DNA of 64,000 bases from Bacteroidota bacterium (GTDB lineage: Bacteria > Bacteroidota > Bacteroidia > J057 > JADKCL01). Positions 1 through 9,262 of this stretch are shown here, piece by piece. The translations under genes and the position numbers were made by a program. The notes under the pieces are model-generated. The model saw nothing but the letters and a program-made list of their open reading frames with translations, had not been told where the DNA came from and ran no database searches. The stretch is taken from assembly GCA_031415375.1 (NCBI GenBank), contig JANORP010000086.1:16569-80568 (forward strand). The letters run 5' to 3'. How positions within the stretch are numbered: position 1 is the stretch's first letter; each line of letters opens with the position of its first letter.

Positions 1-118
1 GCACGACAAGGAAAATGCGCCCGATCAAGTCGAGATTTTTGAGCAAGCAGACGATTTCCTCATTCACTACACCAATTTTGGCACCGATATCTTTAGCCGC
101 CCCAGCATCGGCCAGAGC

Positions 119-1135
119 TTGGGCTACTTCGATTATGCATTCCCAAAATTGACGCTCGCGCAATTGGAGACGCGATATGGCAAGACCGAAATCGGTCGCA
201 AGCCGCAACCCTCATCCATCTTGCCCGCACCCCCTGTCTTCCTGAACCGCGACCACCAATCGCAGTTCGAGACAGAGGGATATGTACAAATCGAATTGCT
301 GAAACCCGAAGATATTGCGGCGCTGCGAGGGATTTATGCAGCATACTTCCCTGATTCGCCGCAAGCCTTTCACTCCAGCAGCTACCTGCACGATTTTGCG
401 CTCAAAAAGGAAATGAGCGATGCCATCCAAGCGGTGATGCAACCGCGTCTAGACGCCGTTTTTCACCGCTTCAGCTGCTTTGGATCGGCCTTTCTGACCA
501 AAAATACGGGCAAGAGTAGCACCATGCCCATGCACCAAGACTGGACCATCGTCGATGAGCAGCAGTTTGTGGCTGTGAATATCTGGACGCCATTGCAAGA
601 CGCCGATGCCCACAATGGCAGCCTGCAAGTCTTGCGCGGCAGCCATCGCTACTTTCCTGTATTGCGCTGCCCGACAATCCCCTTTTTCTTTGAGGAATAC
701 AAAAACGAAATCGCGCAAAGCCTAACGCAACTAGAGGTGCGTGCCGGGCAAGCGGTGGTGCTCAACCAAGCGCTCATTCACGCGAGCCCACCCAATATGA
801 GTGCGCAGGTGCGCCTCGCGATCACGACGGGCATCAAGACAGCAGGCGCCCCGATGCGTTTCCACTACGCCTCTGCACCAGAAGAATTGGAAGTCTTCGC
901 CATGGACGAAGATTTTTTGCTCGCCTTCGATGACTTTTACAAAGACATCTACGAGCGGCCCAAAATCGGAGCCTCACGAGGGACCATCCCGTTTGTGCAG
1001 CAAAACCCCGGGCGAGACGCGATCCTGAAACATATCCATGCCAGCGGTGCGGTACCTACCTCAGCCCAAACGGGCCGAGCGCCTGAGCCCGTCGCGGTAA
1101 AAGCGGGATTTTGGAAGCGATTGTTTGGTCGCTAA
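119..1135 (+). CDS. PhyH-family Fe(II)/2-oxoglutarate dioxygenase (start uncertain; frame is open to the window edge)
   Basis: HxD...H context typical of phytanoyl-CoA dioxygenase family: MHQDWTIVDE, NIWTPLQDADAHNGSLQVLRGSH, ALIHASPPN. The same frame has no stop back to base 2, so the true start may lie upstream of the window. C-terminal tail is GFWKRLFGR. Confidence 0.8.
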   Translation: MGYFDYAFPKLTLAQLETRYGKTEIGRKPQPSSILPAPPVFLNRDHQSQFETEGYVQIELLKPEDIAALRGIYAAYFPDSPQAFHSSSYLHDFALKKEMSDAIQAVMQPRLDAVFHRFSCFGSAFLTKNTGKSSTMPMHQDWTIVDEQQFVAVNIWTPLQDADAHNGSLQVLRGSHRYFPVLRCPTIPFFFEEYKNEIAQSLTQLEVRAGQAVVLNQALIHASPPNMSAQVRLAITTGIKTAGAPMRFHYASAPEELEVFAMDEDFLLAFDDFYKDIYERPKIGASRGTIPFVQQNPGRDAILKHIHASGAVPTSAQTGRAPEPVAVKAGFWKRLFGR

Positions 1136-1140
1136 CTTTG
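1133..1140 (+). promoter_or_regulatory. candidate Bacteroidota -7 promoter box (TAnnTTTG)
   Basis: TAACTTTG lies 49 nt upstream of the ATG at 1189 and matches the TAnnTTTG consensus of Bacteroidetes sigma-A promoters. It overlaps the stop codon of the upstream gene. No -33 element was checked. Confidence 0.25.
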
Positions 1141-1188
1141 ATGTTTGATGCAAGATAGCTATCTTATGGCAAACAACATAATTGCGCT

Positions 1189-1857
1189 ATGAAGAAACAC
1201 ATTCTCGCCTTTGCATTTGCTTGCCTACTTTGCCTTCCTGCATTTTCCCAAACCTGCGCCTCGCCCTTTGCTGCGGGAACTGTGCAATTTACGGAGATCT
1301 GCACACCGACAGGAGCAGACAATTATTCGATCATTGTAACGGCGACATCAGACTCCGCGTTGCAAGTCCAAGGGCTCTGGAGAGAACAACAGCCCCTCAC
1401 CGCAGATGTGGATTGCAATACACAGACATTCACGATTCCACGGCAATTTTTGTTGGTTGGCTATGAAATCCAAGGTCGGGGAGACATCTCAGGCAACAAT
1501 GTCCAAGTATTTTATGGCGTGCATGAAACGACCAACGGTAACCTGGTCGATTCCTGTGCTGGAAATTACCAAGCTGTGATCGTAGGCACACGCGCGCCTG
1601 TACAATCTCAGCTGATCGTGTACCCCAATCCAGCAAGCTCACAGGTCCACATCCGCTGGACGGGACTCCTTGCCGGTACCTCGATCTGCAATTACCGTAT
1701 CGTCGATCTGCAAGGTCGTGTGATCATTGAGGGCAGCTTGGATGCAAAGATGGAAGCCAAGGTGGAACTCAAAGCGTTTTCAAAAGGCATATACCGCGTC
1801 GTGGTGATAGCTAGCCATGAAGGAACACTTACAAGCCATGTGCTTGTTGTCCAATAA
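1189..1857 (+). CDS. secreted protein with T9SS C-terminal sorting domain (paralog A)
   Basis: N-terminal signal peptide MKKHILAFAFACLLCLPAFSQ. C-terminal Por/T9SS-type tail: LIVYPNPASSQVHIRW...YRIVDLQGRVI...GIYRVVVIA...LVVQ. Alignable by eye over its full length with the 2016..2681 product (shared QTC(A/S)(S/A)PF, DCNTQTFTI). Confidence 0.75.
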   Translation: MKKHILAFAFACLLCLPAFSQTCASPFAAGTVQFTEICTPTGADNYSIIVTATSDSALQVQGLWREQQPLTADVDCNTQTFTIPRQFLLVGYEIQGRGDISGNNVQVFYGVHETTNGNLVDSCAGNYQAVIVGTRAPVQSQLIVYPNPASSQVHIRWTGLLAGTSICNYRIVDLQGRVIIEGSLDAKMEAKVELKAFSKGIYRVVVIASHEGTLTSHVLVVQ

Positions 1858-2015
1858 ATTGTTTGAGATGCGGCCACTACGACGGCATTCGATGAAGGTT
1901 GAAAAAACATGCAGAAAATGAATGCTTCGAGTGCGAGGAGGAGCTTTTTGGCATCGTAGTTGCTTACTTGTACCCAAATCGTTAAGTCATTTACACCCAC
2001 TAAATTCGTAAGTAC

Positions 2016-2681
2016 ATGAAAAAAATCCTACTCGTCCTCGTAACACTTGTAGCCTACTGCGCAAGCTATTCCCAAACCTGCAGCGCACCGTTTGTGGAAA
2101 ATCCCGCTTCCTTGACAGAATCTTGTAACCTATCAGGTGCCGATGCTTATGCAATAAGCGTGGTTGCAGCCTCTGATAGCACGCTCGCGATTACAGGATT
2201 CTACCGTGAGCCCGGCACCGTTATTGCAGACATTGATTGCAATACACAAACGTTTACGATTGCTGCGCAGTCGATTTCCAACAATTTCTACATGACTGGC
2301 ATGGGTGGTATGAATGGCCAATTGGTGGGTTTCACCTATGACGTTTACAGTGCCCTTGACTCAACCCTACTAGAGACCTGCACGAGTGGCTATGTGGTGA
2401 CTGCTGTGGGCTTGCCTTCAGAAAAGCATGATACACGCCTCTACCTCTATCCCAACCCTGCAAGGGAAAGTGCAACACTGCGCATCGATGGTTTGGGCAC
2501 AACGGAAGATCAGTGGACCTATCAAGTTCTAGACCTGCAGGGCCGTGCAATTGCCAAGGGCGTGGTGAACGATCAATGGACAGCCATCATCGACCTTAGT
2601 GGCCTCGCACAAGGCATGTACCATGTGGTCGTGCAAAGCAGCGATGCCCAACTGGCTAGCAAGGCCTTGATGGTGCAATAA
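2016..2681 (+). CDS. secreted protein with T9SS C-terminal sorting domain (paralog B)
   Basis: Signal peptide MKKILLVLVTLVAYCASYSQ. T9SS-type tail LYLYPNPARESATLRI...YQVLDLQGRAI...GMYHVVVQS...LMVQ. Paralog of 1189..1857. Confidence 0.75.
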   Translation: MKKILLVLVTLVAYCASYSQTCSAPFVENPASLTESCNLSGADAYAISVVAASDSTLAITGFYREPGTVIADIDCNTQTFTIAAQSISNNFYMTGMGGMNGQLVGFTYDVYSALDSTLLETCTSGYVVTAVGLPSEKHDTRLYLYPNPARESATLRIDGLGTTEDQWTYQVLDLQGRAIAKGVVNDQWTAIIDLSGLAQGMYHVVVQSSDAQLASKALMVQ

Positions 2682-2720
2682 ACCCATCTTATTCCACGAT
2701 CGGCGTCGATTCACCTTGCT

Positions 2721-3176
2721 TTAGGCCAGGCCAAATCGGCGCTTGTCGTTGGCTGCGATCGTGGTCGTTGATTTGAATGCATTCCTGACTGCTTCAAAAT
2801 CTGTTTCAGATAATTTCCCGACCACGATCGTAGGGCTGTCTGAAACTTTTTCAAGCAGCGCGACGCAATCCTTCTCAAAAAATTGCGTGCAGTCCACAAA
2901 TGAATCGTGGCTGAGAAAGTCATAGTCGGCAGCCTTGATGGGGATATGCCAACTCCGAATCATCGGGTCACGAAAAATGTGGGGATTGATTTGGCTATTG
3001 ATCAGGAGGAATCCAAACACGATTTTGTCCTTGGTTGCTCCCAACACAACGAAAAACTTGATCTTGGGGGGATGGGTATCCGTGACATGGGTACGAATCA
3101 CGACGCCTCGCTCAAGCAACGCGCGCTCGGAGAATTCTTTTCGCAACGCATCAGGGAAAAAATCACTCAGAGCCAT
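2721..3176 (-). CDS. hypothetical protein; candidate toxin partner of the upstream Panacea-domain antitoxin
   Basis: 151-aa ORF overlapping the 3' end of the DUF4065 gene by 10 nt (operonic, antitoxin-first order). I recognise no family. The toxin role is inferred from context only. Confidence 0.5.
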   Translation of the reverse strand: MALSDFFPDALRKEFSERALLERGVVIRTHVTDTHPPKIKFFVVLGATKDKIVFGFLLINSQINPHIFRDPMIRSWHIPIKAADYDFLSHDSFVDCTQFFEKDCVALLEKVSDSPTIVVGKLSETDFEAVRNAFKSTTTIAANDKRRFGLA

Positions 3177-3694
3177 TTCAGTGCCGCCTCGGCCTCGTCT
3201 ATTTCTCTGATATAGTCCATCATCTCTGGGGAGGCATGGGCTTCTTGTGCAATGTCGAGTAGCGCAATCTCATTGTTGATGGTGGCATGGGTCCAGGCCT
3301 CACCATGCGATTTTATGGACAATTGCTCAAATGTCAATCGCTTGTTATCTGCAATGGATCGATTGATGCAATCGATTTCCGAGGCCGATAGGTAGTCTTT
3401 GTCGGGGATACGCTTGGGAATGATCACATAAGCCCTAGCCTCCAACAACAAGCGGTCTTCATCTGGGATGCGCGCGGCATCTTCCCGGAAGACTTTGAGC
3501 AGGTCATAGGTACGTGATGGTACCGGGCCATCTTTCATGGCGATATATTGGTCGCCCAATATCGTGCGGCCATAGGTTGCCAAGTGCTCGCGGTCGGCGA
3601 AGTAGAAAATCTTGAAGATTTTATGGAAATCGGCTGTCTCGAGCTGGTTGGCGACCAACAGCACTGCATTCAGTATTTTTTTCTGGTTCCACAT
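3167..3694 (-). CDS. Panacea (DUF4065, SocA/GepA-like) domain protein, putative antitoxin
   Basis: N-terminal pattern FHKIFKIFYFADREHLATYGRTILGDQYIAMKDGPVPSRTYDLLK matches the DUF4065 signature (hKl.KllYfad..hl...G..i.g..y.A...GPV.s.iY) recalled from memory. Confidence 0.65.
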   Translation of the reverse strand: MWNQKKILNAVLLVANQLETADFHKIFKIFYFADREHLATYGRTILGDQYIAMKDGPVPSRTYDLLKVFREDAARIPDEDRLLLEARAYVIIPKRIPDKDYLSASEIDCINRSIADNKRLTFEQLSIKSHGEAWTHATINNEIALLDIAQEAHASPEMMDYIREIDEAEAALKWL

Positions 3695-3915
3695 CCTTCG
3701 CCTTCCTTTCCGACAAAATTAATAGTTTTTTGCGGGAACTTCAAGTCCTATCTCAATTTTTCTTTCTACAGGCCCGTCCTAGGAAGATGTATCGCCGATC
3801 GATGGTACGAGCCACCGCCATCTTACGACAAGAATCATGTTCCCTGATCCCCCAAGAATCGTTATCTTTGAGCAAGTCCATCGATCGTATGGGCGCAATT
3901 ATTTTGCGATAGAAT

Positions 3916-4917
3916 ATGGTACAGGCAGTATTCAGGGACATTGAAACACAGCGTCAATTTGACGTAGATGGCTACGTCCATCTTCAGCACTTTCTAAGTA
4001 CCGAGGAGGTCGAAGCCCTCAAAGCAGCCTATTTCGAGCTGCTCCCTGAGAGTGGTGGTGCAATGTCGGGCGACGAGACCGACTTCAAAAACGAGAATGC
4101 GATCACCTACGATTTCACGTTCATTGACCGCAATTGGGAGTATAAACAAAAGGTGTTTGACCGCATTTTTGCGGCTTTTGAGGCTCATTTCGAGCCGATC
4201 CTTGCCGACTACACACCCATCATTGCCAATTTTATTCGCAAAGAAGCCGATGGTGGCGAGGTGCCACTGCATCAAAATTGGGCCTTTGTCGATGAGATGA
4301 AATACACCTCGGTCTCGATCTGGGTACCCCTTGTGGACAGCAATCGCGACAATGGCACCCTAGAGATCACTCCCGGAAGCCACAAGCGCTTTGGGCGATT
4401 CCGAGGACCCATGGTGCCTTGGGAACTCGACCATATCAAGGAAGACATCATCCGCGATTTCATGGTGCCCATGAATGCGACCGCTGGCGACGCCGTGATC
4501 CTCGACGACAGCGTCATCCACTACAGCAATATCAACACGACACAAGGCCTGCGCCTCACGATCCAACTGATCTTGGTGCCCAAAAATACAACGAGCATCC
4601 ACTACCACCTCGACCGTGGCGTAAGCACAGACGAGGTGCGCGTACTGGAAGTTGACCGTGATTTCTATATGAAATTTCACCCTTGGAAACGACCTGAGGG
4701 CAAGGAAGTCGGCAAGCGCAACGTGAAACTGCGCTATATCGACAGGGCAGAATTTGAAGCACGCTTGCATGGGCCTGAATTTTCCACAATGCCTGACATT
4801 GTGGAGGAGGCAGCGACCATGCCCGTGCAGGCAGAATCCGTCGCGCCATCGCAGCAGGCTGTAGCCGCGGCAGCGCCACTAGGTTTACTGGGCCGTCTCA
4901 AGCGCATTTTTTCATGA
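3916..4917 (+). CDS. PhyH-family Fe(II)/2-oxoglutarate dioxygenase
   Basis: LHQNWAFVDE, SIWVPLVDSNRDNGTLEITPGSH, SVIHYSNIN. C-terminal Ala/Pro-rich linker then LGLLGRLKRIFS. Its stop overlaps the next ATG (ATGA at 4914-4917). Confidence 0.85.
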   Translation: MVQAVFRDIETQRQFDVDGYVHLQHFLSTEEVEALKAAYFELLPESGGAMSGDETDFKNENAITYDFTFIDRNWEYKQKVFDRIFAAFEAHFEPILADYTPIIANFIRKEADGGEVPLHQNWAFVDEMKYTSVSIWVPLVDSNRDNGTLEITPGSHKRFGRFRGPMVPWELDHIKEDIIRDFMVPMNATAGDAVILDDSVIHYSNINTTQGLRLTIQLILVPKNTTSIHYHLDRGVSTDEVRVLEVDRDFYMKFHPWKRPEGKEVGKRNVKLRYIDRAEFEARLHGPEFSTMPDIVEEAATMPVQAESVAPSQQAVAAAAPLGLLGRLKRIFS

Positions 4918-6734
4918 TGTATGACCTCATCCGCGATCCCGATCTGCGTGCGCAATTGGCACGCGATGGATATGTGACGCTTCCATTTTTGGAAGAGGCC
5001 GATCTTGTGATCCTGCGCCAGCTATTTGAGGAAGTGCGCGCCAAAGTCGCCCTCCAAGGCTTTGCCACAACGACCACGTCGCCCGATTTGGCGCTCAAGA
5101 AGGGCATGTTTGAGCGAATCCAGCCATTGTATCAACCCAAGGTCGATGCGCTGTTTGAAGACTACAAAACGCTCGGCGCTAGCTTCTTGCAAAAAGATGC
5201 TGGCCCATCTGGCAGCTTGCCGTTGCACCAAGATTGGACAGTGACAGATGAGGATCATTTTCGCACGTTCACGATTTGGGTGCCGCTCGAGGATTGCGGT
5301 TTGGAAAATGGCGCCATCCAAATGTTGCCGGGGAGCCACCACTATATGAATCTATTGCGCGGCCCCAATCTGCCGATCGCAATCAAATCGGTCGCCGCGC
5401 AATTGGAAACAGGCTTGGTCACCCTTGCACTCAAGGCTGGCGAAGCCCTGATCTTCGATCATAGTGTCCTGCACAAGAGCACGCTCAACACGAGCGGGCG
5501 ACCACGCATCGCACTCACCTACGGGCTCACACAGCAGGCTGCGCCGCTGCGCTTTTGGTACCATCATCCAGCAGATGCAGCCGACCGATTCGAGCAAATC
5601 GCCGTGCCCGACGATTTCTTTTTGCAGTACCATCAAATCGGCAAGCGCCCCACAATCGGTTCCAGCCTAGGCTTTTACCACCAAGACCTCTCCCCTATCA
5701 CCGCTGCGGAATGCACAGCCATGAAGGCTGAACAAGCCATGCGTCGCCCGCTCCTCCGCGACCTGAGCGCCAAAAATTGCTTGCTCGATCACCCACAATA
5801 TGCGATCACCAAAAAGTCTGGCTGGAATCGTCAATTGGCCGAGCAGGGCTATGTGCTAATCCCATTGCTCGATGGCGCGCAAATTGCGCATTTGAAGGAT
5901 TTTTTTGAAGCCCATCAAAAAGAGGTCGTTGATCGTTTCTATGCCAGCGTCCACAATCCCGACACCGATTTCCGCCTGCGGATGGATGCCGAGATTCAAA
6001 CAATATTGCGGCCTTCCTTGGAGCTGATCTTGGAGGATGCTGAGGCCCTCGGAGGCTCCTTCATTGCCAAACCACGTGGCACGGCAGGCATCTTGCCGCC
6101 GCATGCCGACTGGAATATTGTGGATGAGCGCGTTTATCGCAGCTACAATTTATGGATCCCACTCGTGGATACGAGCGTAGAAAATGGCGCTGTGCATGTG
6201 ATCCCTGGCAGCCACAGTTGGCTGGATGATTTCCGTGGGCCCGGCATCCCCAATCCTTTTGAGTCGCTCAAAGTGGATGTCTGGAATGCCATGCAGGCTT
6301 TGGAAATGAAAGCGGGCACGGCCTTGCTGTATGACCATCGCTTGTTGCATGCATCGCCTGTGAACCAGACAGATGCCCTGCGCATTGCTTGTGTCATGGG
6401 CGTGAAGCCCAAAGCCGCCCCCATGCGCTACTACCATGGCGATGGGCAGCTTGTGCGGGAATATGCGGCGCATCCGACCTTTTTCATGACACAAAATCCA
6501 GAACAAGGGCCAGCTGACTTGCCTTTGCTTGGCGTCGTCACCGATCAGTTTCCCAGCATTTCCGCTTCGGAATTGCGTGCTTACCTGGGCCAGGAGGCTG
6601 AGGCTGCCGAGGTCACCGAGGTCACCGAGGTCACCGAGGCTGCCGCAATGCCTGTGCAGCGCGGTTTTTGGGAGACTTATTCCTTGGGAAATATTGTGCG
6701 GGAGATCAAGTACCGGCTCAGCGGCAAGAGCTGA
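4914..6734 (+). CDS. tandem double PhyH-domain dioxygenase
   Basis: Two complete PhyH modules in one 606-aa ORF: LHQDWTVTDE...IWVPLEDCGLENGAIQMLPGSH...VLHKST and PHADWNIVDE...LWIPLVDTSVENGAVHVIPGSH...LLHASP. C-terminal linker contains EVT x3 encoded by a 9-bp repeat (6609-6635). Confidence 0.85.
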   Translation: MMYDLIRDPDLRAQLARDGYVTLPFLEEADLVILRQLFEEVRAKVALQGFATTTTSPDLALKKGMFERIQPLYQPKVDALFEDYKTLGASFLQKDAGPSGSLPLHQDWTVTDEDHFRTFTIWVPLEDCGLENGAIQMLPGSHHYMNLLRGPNLPIAIKSVAAQLETGLVTLALKAGEALIFDHSVLHKSTLNTSGRPRIALTYGLTQQAAPLRFWYHHPADAADRFEQIAVPDDFFLQYHQIGKRPTIGSSLGFYHQDLSPITAAECTAMKAEQAMRRPLLRDLSAKNCLLDHPQYAITKKSGWNRQLAEQGYVLIPLLDGAQIAHLKDFFEAHQKEVVDRFYASVHNPDTDFRLRMDAEIQTILRPSLELILEDAEALGGSFIAKPRGTAGILPPHADWNIVDERVYRSYNLWIPLVDTSVENGAVHVIPGSHSWLDDFRGPGIPNPFESLKVDVWNAMQALEMKAGTALLYDHRLLHASPVNQTDALRIACVMGVKPKAAPMRYYHGDGQLVREYAAHPTFFMTQNPEQGPADLPLLGVVTDQFPSISASELRAYLGQEAEAAEVTEVTEVTEAAAMPVQRGFWETYSLGNIVREIKYRLSGKS

Positions 6735-6796
6735 GTTTGAGGGATCATGGATTGGAGGGTCTTTTCAAAATGACATACCTCCCATTGAAATTATTG

Positions 6797-7030
6797 GAGT
6801 GTGTAACATTTCAGGGGAGCCCAAGGCCTCTGGCCGTTGGGCTATCGACCCCCGCCTTCTGCGGGACAGGCGTTTGCCTCCGGCAATTGCGTTTTGTAGT
6901 TGTTGATATTGAGCCGTTTATGCCAGAGGCAAATGGTCAATTGCCCTGCGGCCCCCGCCTTGCTGCGGGACAGGCAGAGGCCTAGGGCTCAGAATCGACT
7001 CATTCGCCTCCCCCAGATTGTTACACACTC
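6797..7030. repeat. intergenic element bounded by 12-bp inverted repeats, containing two copies of a CCCGCCTT(G)CTGCGGGACAGGC hairpin motif
   Basis: GAGTGTGTAACA (6797-6808) and its exact reverse complement TGTTACACACTC (7019-7030). Hairpin motifs at 6851-6865 and 6954-6969. The same CCCGCCTTGCTGCGGGA hairpin recurs near 51905. Confidence 0.4.
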
Positions 7031-7167
7031 AAATTCTTGGGCCAATATTCGCTTCCCCCCGAAAATTCAACGACGAGAGTTCTAAGAGATGCGCATGCAT
7101 GAGGGGGCATTTATTTTGGGATGATCCCAGGCTTGATTGCGGATGAAAGCTTGGGTAAATTGCCAAT

Positions 7168-8421
7168 ATGAACAAACCTTGCCTACTACTATTTGCTTTG
7201 TGTTGGTGTGGCTTCCTTGCGAAAGCACAAAACCGTATCGATCGACAACGCGAGAACAGGCTTGCCGTGCAACATGCCCTGCTATTGCATGCAGGGGGTG
7301 CGGCTCTGGGTGCGGGTCCGGGCTACGAGTTGCTGCTGTCGTCCCGCAGAGGACTCACGATCGCGCCAGGCTTGTCATTGCCTCTGGTGCATAGCACATG
7401 GCACAAGTATTATTCGCCCATTTCGCTCAGCCCGAGTGTCAATGTCATGTGGGGGCGGCGGCATTGGAAAATGGAGCTGTCCACGGAGTACAATTACTTC
7501 ATCGAGTGGGCCCGCAATCAAGGCGGGACTCTTTCAGCCTACACGATTCATAGTTTGGCGATGATGCCAGGGATACGTCGGCAGACTGCTGGAGGTGGAT
7601 TGATCCTGCGCGCGAATCTGGGCGCAAAATTGGTGGGAATCGGTGCGCAGCCAGAATTGCTGCCTGCCGCGACTGTGAGCATTGGGTATGCATTTCGCAG
7701 CAAGTCTGCAAGCTTGTCCGGCATCCCCCCAAAACCCAAATGGCAATGGGGAAATAGGATTGCAAATAGCAATGCAGACAGTAGTGGACAAAAGACATTT
7801 CAGATACAATTCGCCCCCATGGCGGCTATCGGGCTCAATCGGCAATTGCAACATCAACGCAAATTCCCATCACCCTACGAATTCCCGGAATACACTTTCC
7901 AATTTCAAACGCGCTGGGCTACCCAATTGGGGGGCATTGCAGACTTGGGAAATGCTGGTGCGATCGCTGGTCTGCGGCTTGGATTGGCCGTCGGACTGCA
8001 GCGAATGAGGCTGGATTGGCATTCGAAGGTGCGATTTCAAAACCAAAACGGAGCCTACTACGATGATCACCGCGATACACATATCAATGATCTCCAGCTC
8101 ACCCTGGGCTTGAGCGCCTGCCTGCGGTTATGCATACCCACTCCGCAACCATGGATTTTTCAAATCGGGATGCTGGGGGGCAAAAATCGTACTCTTGCTC
8201 GTGATTCTTGGCAGACATCGCCCAACAGCACGGTTCAGAAGGAAAATCAGGGAATATTGCAATTCGGTTTTGGACCCACGATTTCGATTTCCAAGCAATG
8301 TGCTCTCGGAGCATGGCGAATCGAGCCATTTTGGGAGACGCACTGCAGCCTGCGACGCATCTACAGGGAACCCAACCTCTACCAGTGTCGCACATCGGCA
8401 GGTGTCCTATTTTGGCTCTGA
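7168..8421 (+). CDS. hypothetical secreted / outer-membrane protein
   Basis: Signal peptide MNKPCLLLFALCWCGFLAKAQ. Gly/aromatic-rich alternating segments. C-terminus ...SAGVLFWL is aromatic-rich, as in beta-barrel terminal strands. No family recognised. Confidence 0.5.
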   Translation: MNKPCLLLFALCWCGFLAKAQNRIDRQRENRLAVQHALLLHAGGAALGAGPGYELLLSSRRGLTIAPGLSLPLVHSTWHKYYSPISLSPSVNVMWGRRHWKMELSTEYNYFIEWARNQGGTLSAYTIHSLAMMPGIRRQTAGGGLILRANLGAKLVGIGAQPELLPAATVSIGYAFRSKSASLSGIPPKPKWQWGNRIANSNADSSGQKTFQIQFAPMAAIGLNRQLQHQRKFPSPYEFPEYTFQFQTRWATQLGGIADLGNAGAIAGLRLGLAVGLQRMRLDWHSKVRFQNQNGAYYDDHRDTHINDLQLTLGLSACLRLCIPTPQPWIFQIGMLGGKNRTLARDSWQTSPNSTVQKENQGILQFGFGPTISISKQCALGAWRIEPFWETHCSLRRIYREPNLYQCRTSAGVLFWL

Positions 8422-8495
8422 TGGAATCCTGTCTGGGATGCGTTGGTCATGAAGTCCCAAGCCTCCATGACCGACGTTTTCACACAATAAATTCC

Positions 8496-9245
8496 TTAGC
8501 CCCGAGGCGCATTCCACAGCCTCCTGATCGCCACAAAGTGTGAAAACCACACCACTGGTACAACAAAGGCAGCCAACCAATTGAATGGAAAATACAAAAC
8601 CGCAATGTTGGGCTGCTCAAAAGCGATTTGCTGGAAGGGCGTGGGCACGGCTAGAATGGCGTGAATGACGACATTGAGGACCAAGGCAAGGCAGATAAAA
8701 TTCCAAGCCAAGAGCACGCGACGACTGAGCTTGCCACGCACAAAGCCCCAATACCATACGATGGGCGCGGTGATGCCTGAGAGGATGTCGAAATTGCGTC
8801 CCTCAAAAGTCATGACGTCTGGCACCACCAAATGCACACTCAGCCAAAACAAAACCATTTCCACTGGGATGCGCACCACATGCAGCAGCGTGAGCATGCG
8901 CAGGTCGAGGCTGTCGATCCAAGCACGTCCCTTGCTGGTCGCAAATAACAAGATCATCCCGATCAAATTCGGCGGAAAAAGCAGCAAAAACCGGGGTGGC
9001 ATGGCTGCAGTATCTGTATAAAACCCACGCAGGCCGAATACTGCCTGCACGCTCAGCCACGCAAGCGACAGGCCCAAGACCCATTTGGAATAGTGGCTCG
9101 CCCGCCAAAAGAAAAGTAAGGTAAGCACGGTGGTGCCCACAAAGACTATGCTGATATGACTTGGTAAATTTTCCATAAGTGCATGCGTTACATTCATCCC
9201 ACAAAGGAAAATCTTAGCGCCGACGATGCACTTGCCAAATGACAA
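8496..9245 (-). CDS. polytopic membrane protein of unknown function
   Basis: About 6-7 hydrophobic segments (e.g. IVFVGTTVLTLLFFW, LGLSLAWLSVQAVFGL, LIGMILLFATS, FICLALVLNVVIHAILAV). Start uncertain (alternative ATG at 9197). Sits 18 nt from the Crp/Fnr gene on the same strand. Confidence 0.6.
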   Translation of the reverse strand: MSFGKCIVGAKIFLCGMNVTHALMENLPSHISIVFVGTTVLTLLFFWRASHYSKWVLGLSLAWLSVQAVFGLRGFYTDTAAMPPRFLLLFPPNLIGMILLFATSKGRAWIDSLDLRMLTLLHVVRIPVEMVLFWLSVHLVVPDVMTFEGRNFDILSGITAPIVWYWGFVRGKLSRRVLLAWNFICLALVLNVVIHAILAVPTPFQQIAFEQPNIAVLYFPFNWLAAFVVPVVWFSHFVAIRRLWNAPRG

Positions 9246-9262
9246 GTATTGCTAGCGCGCAA

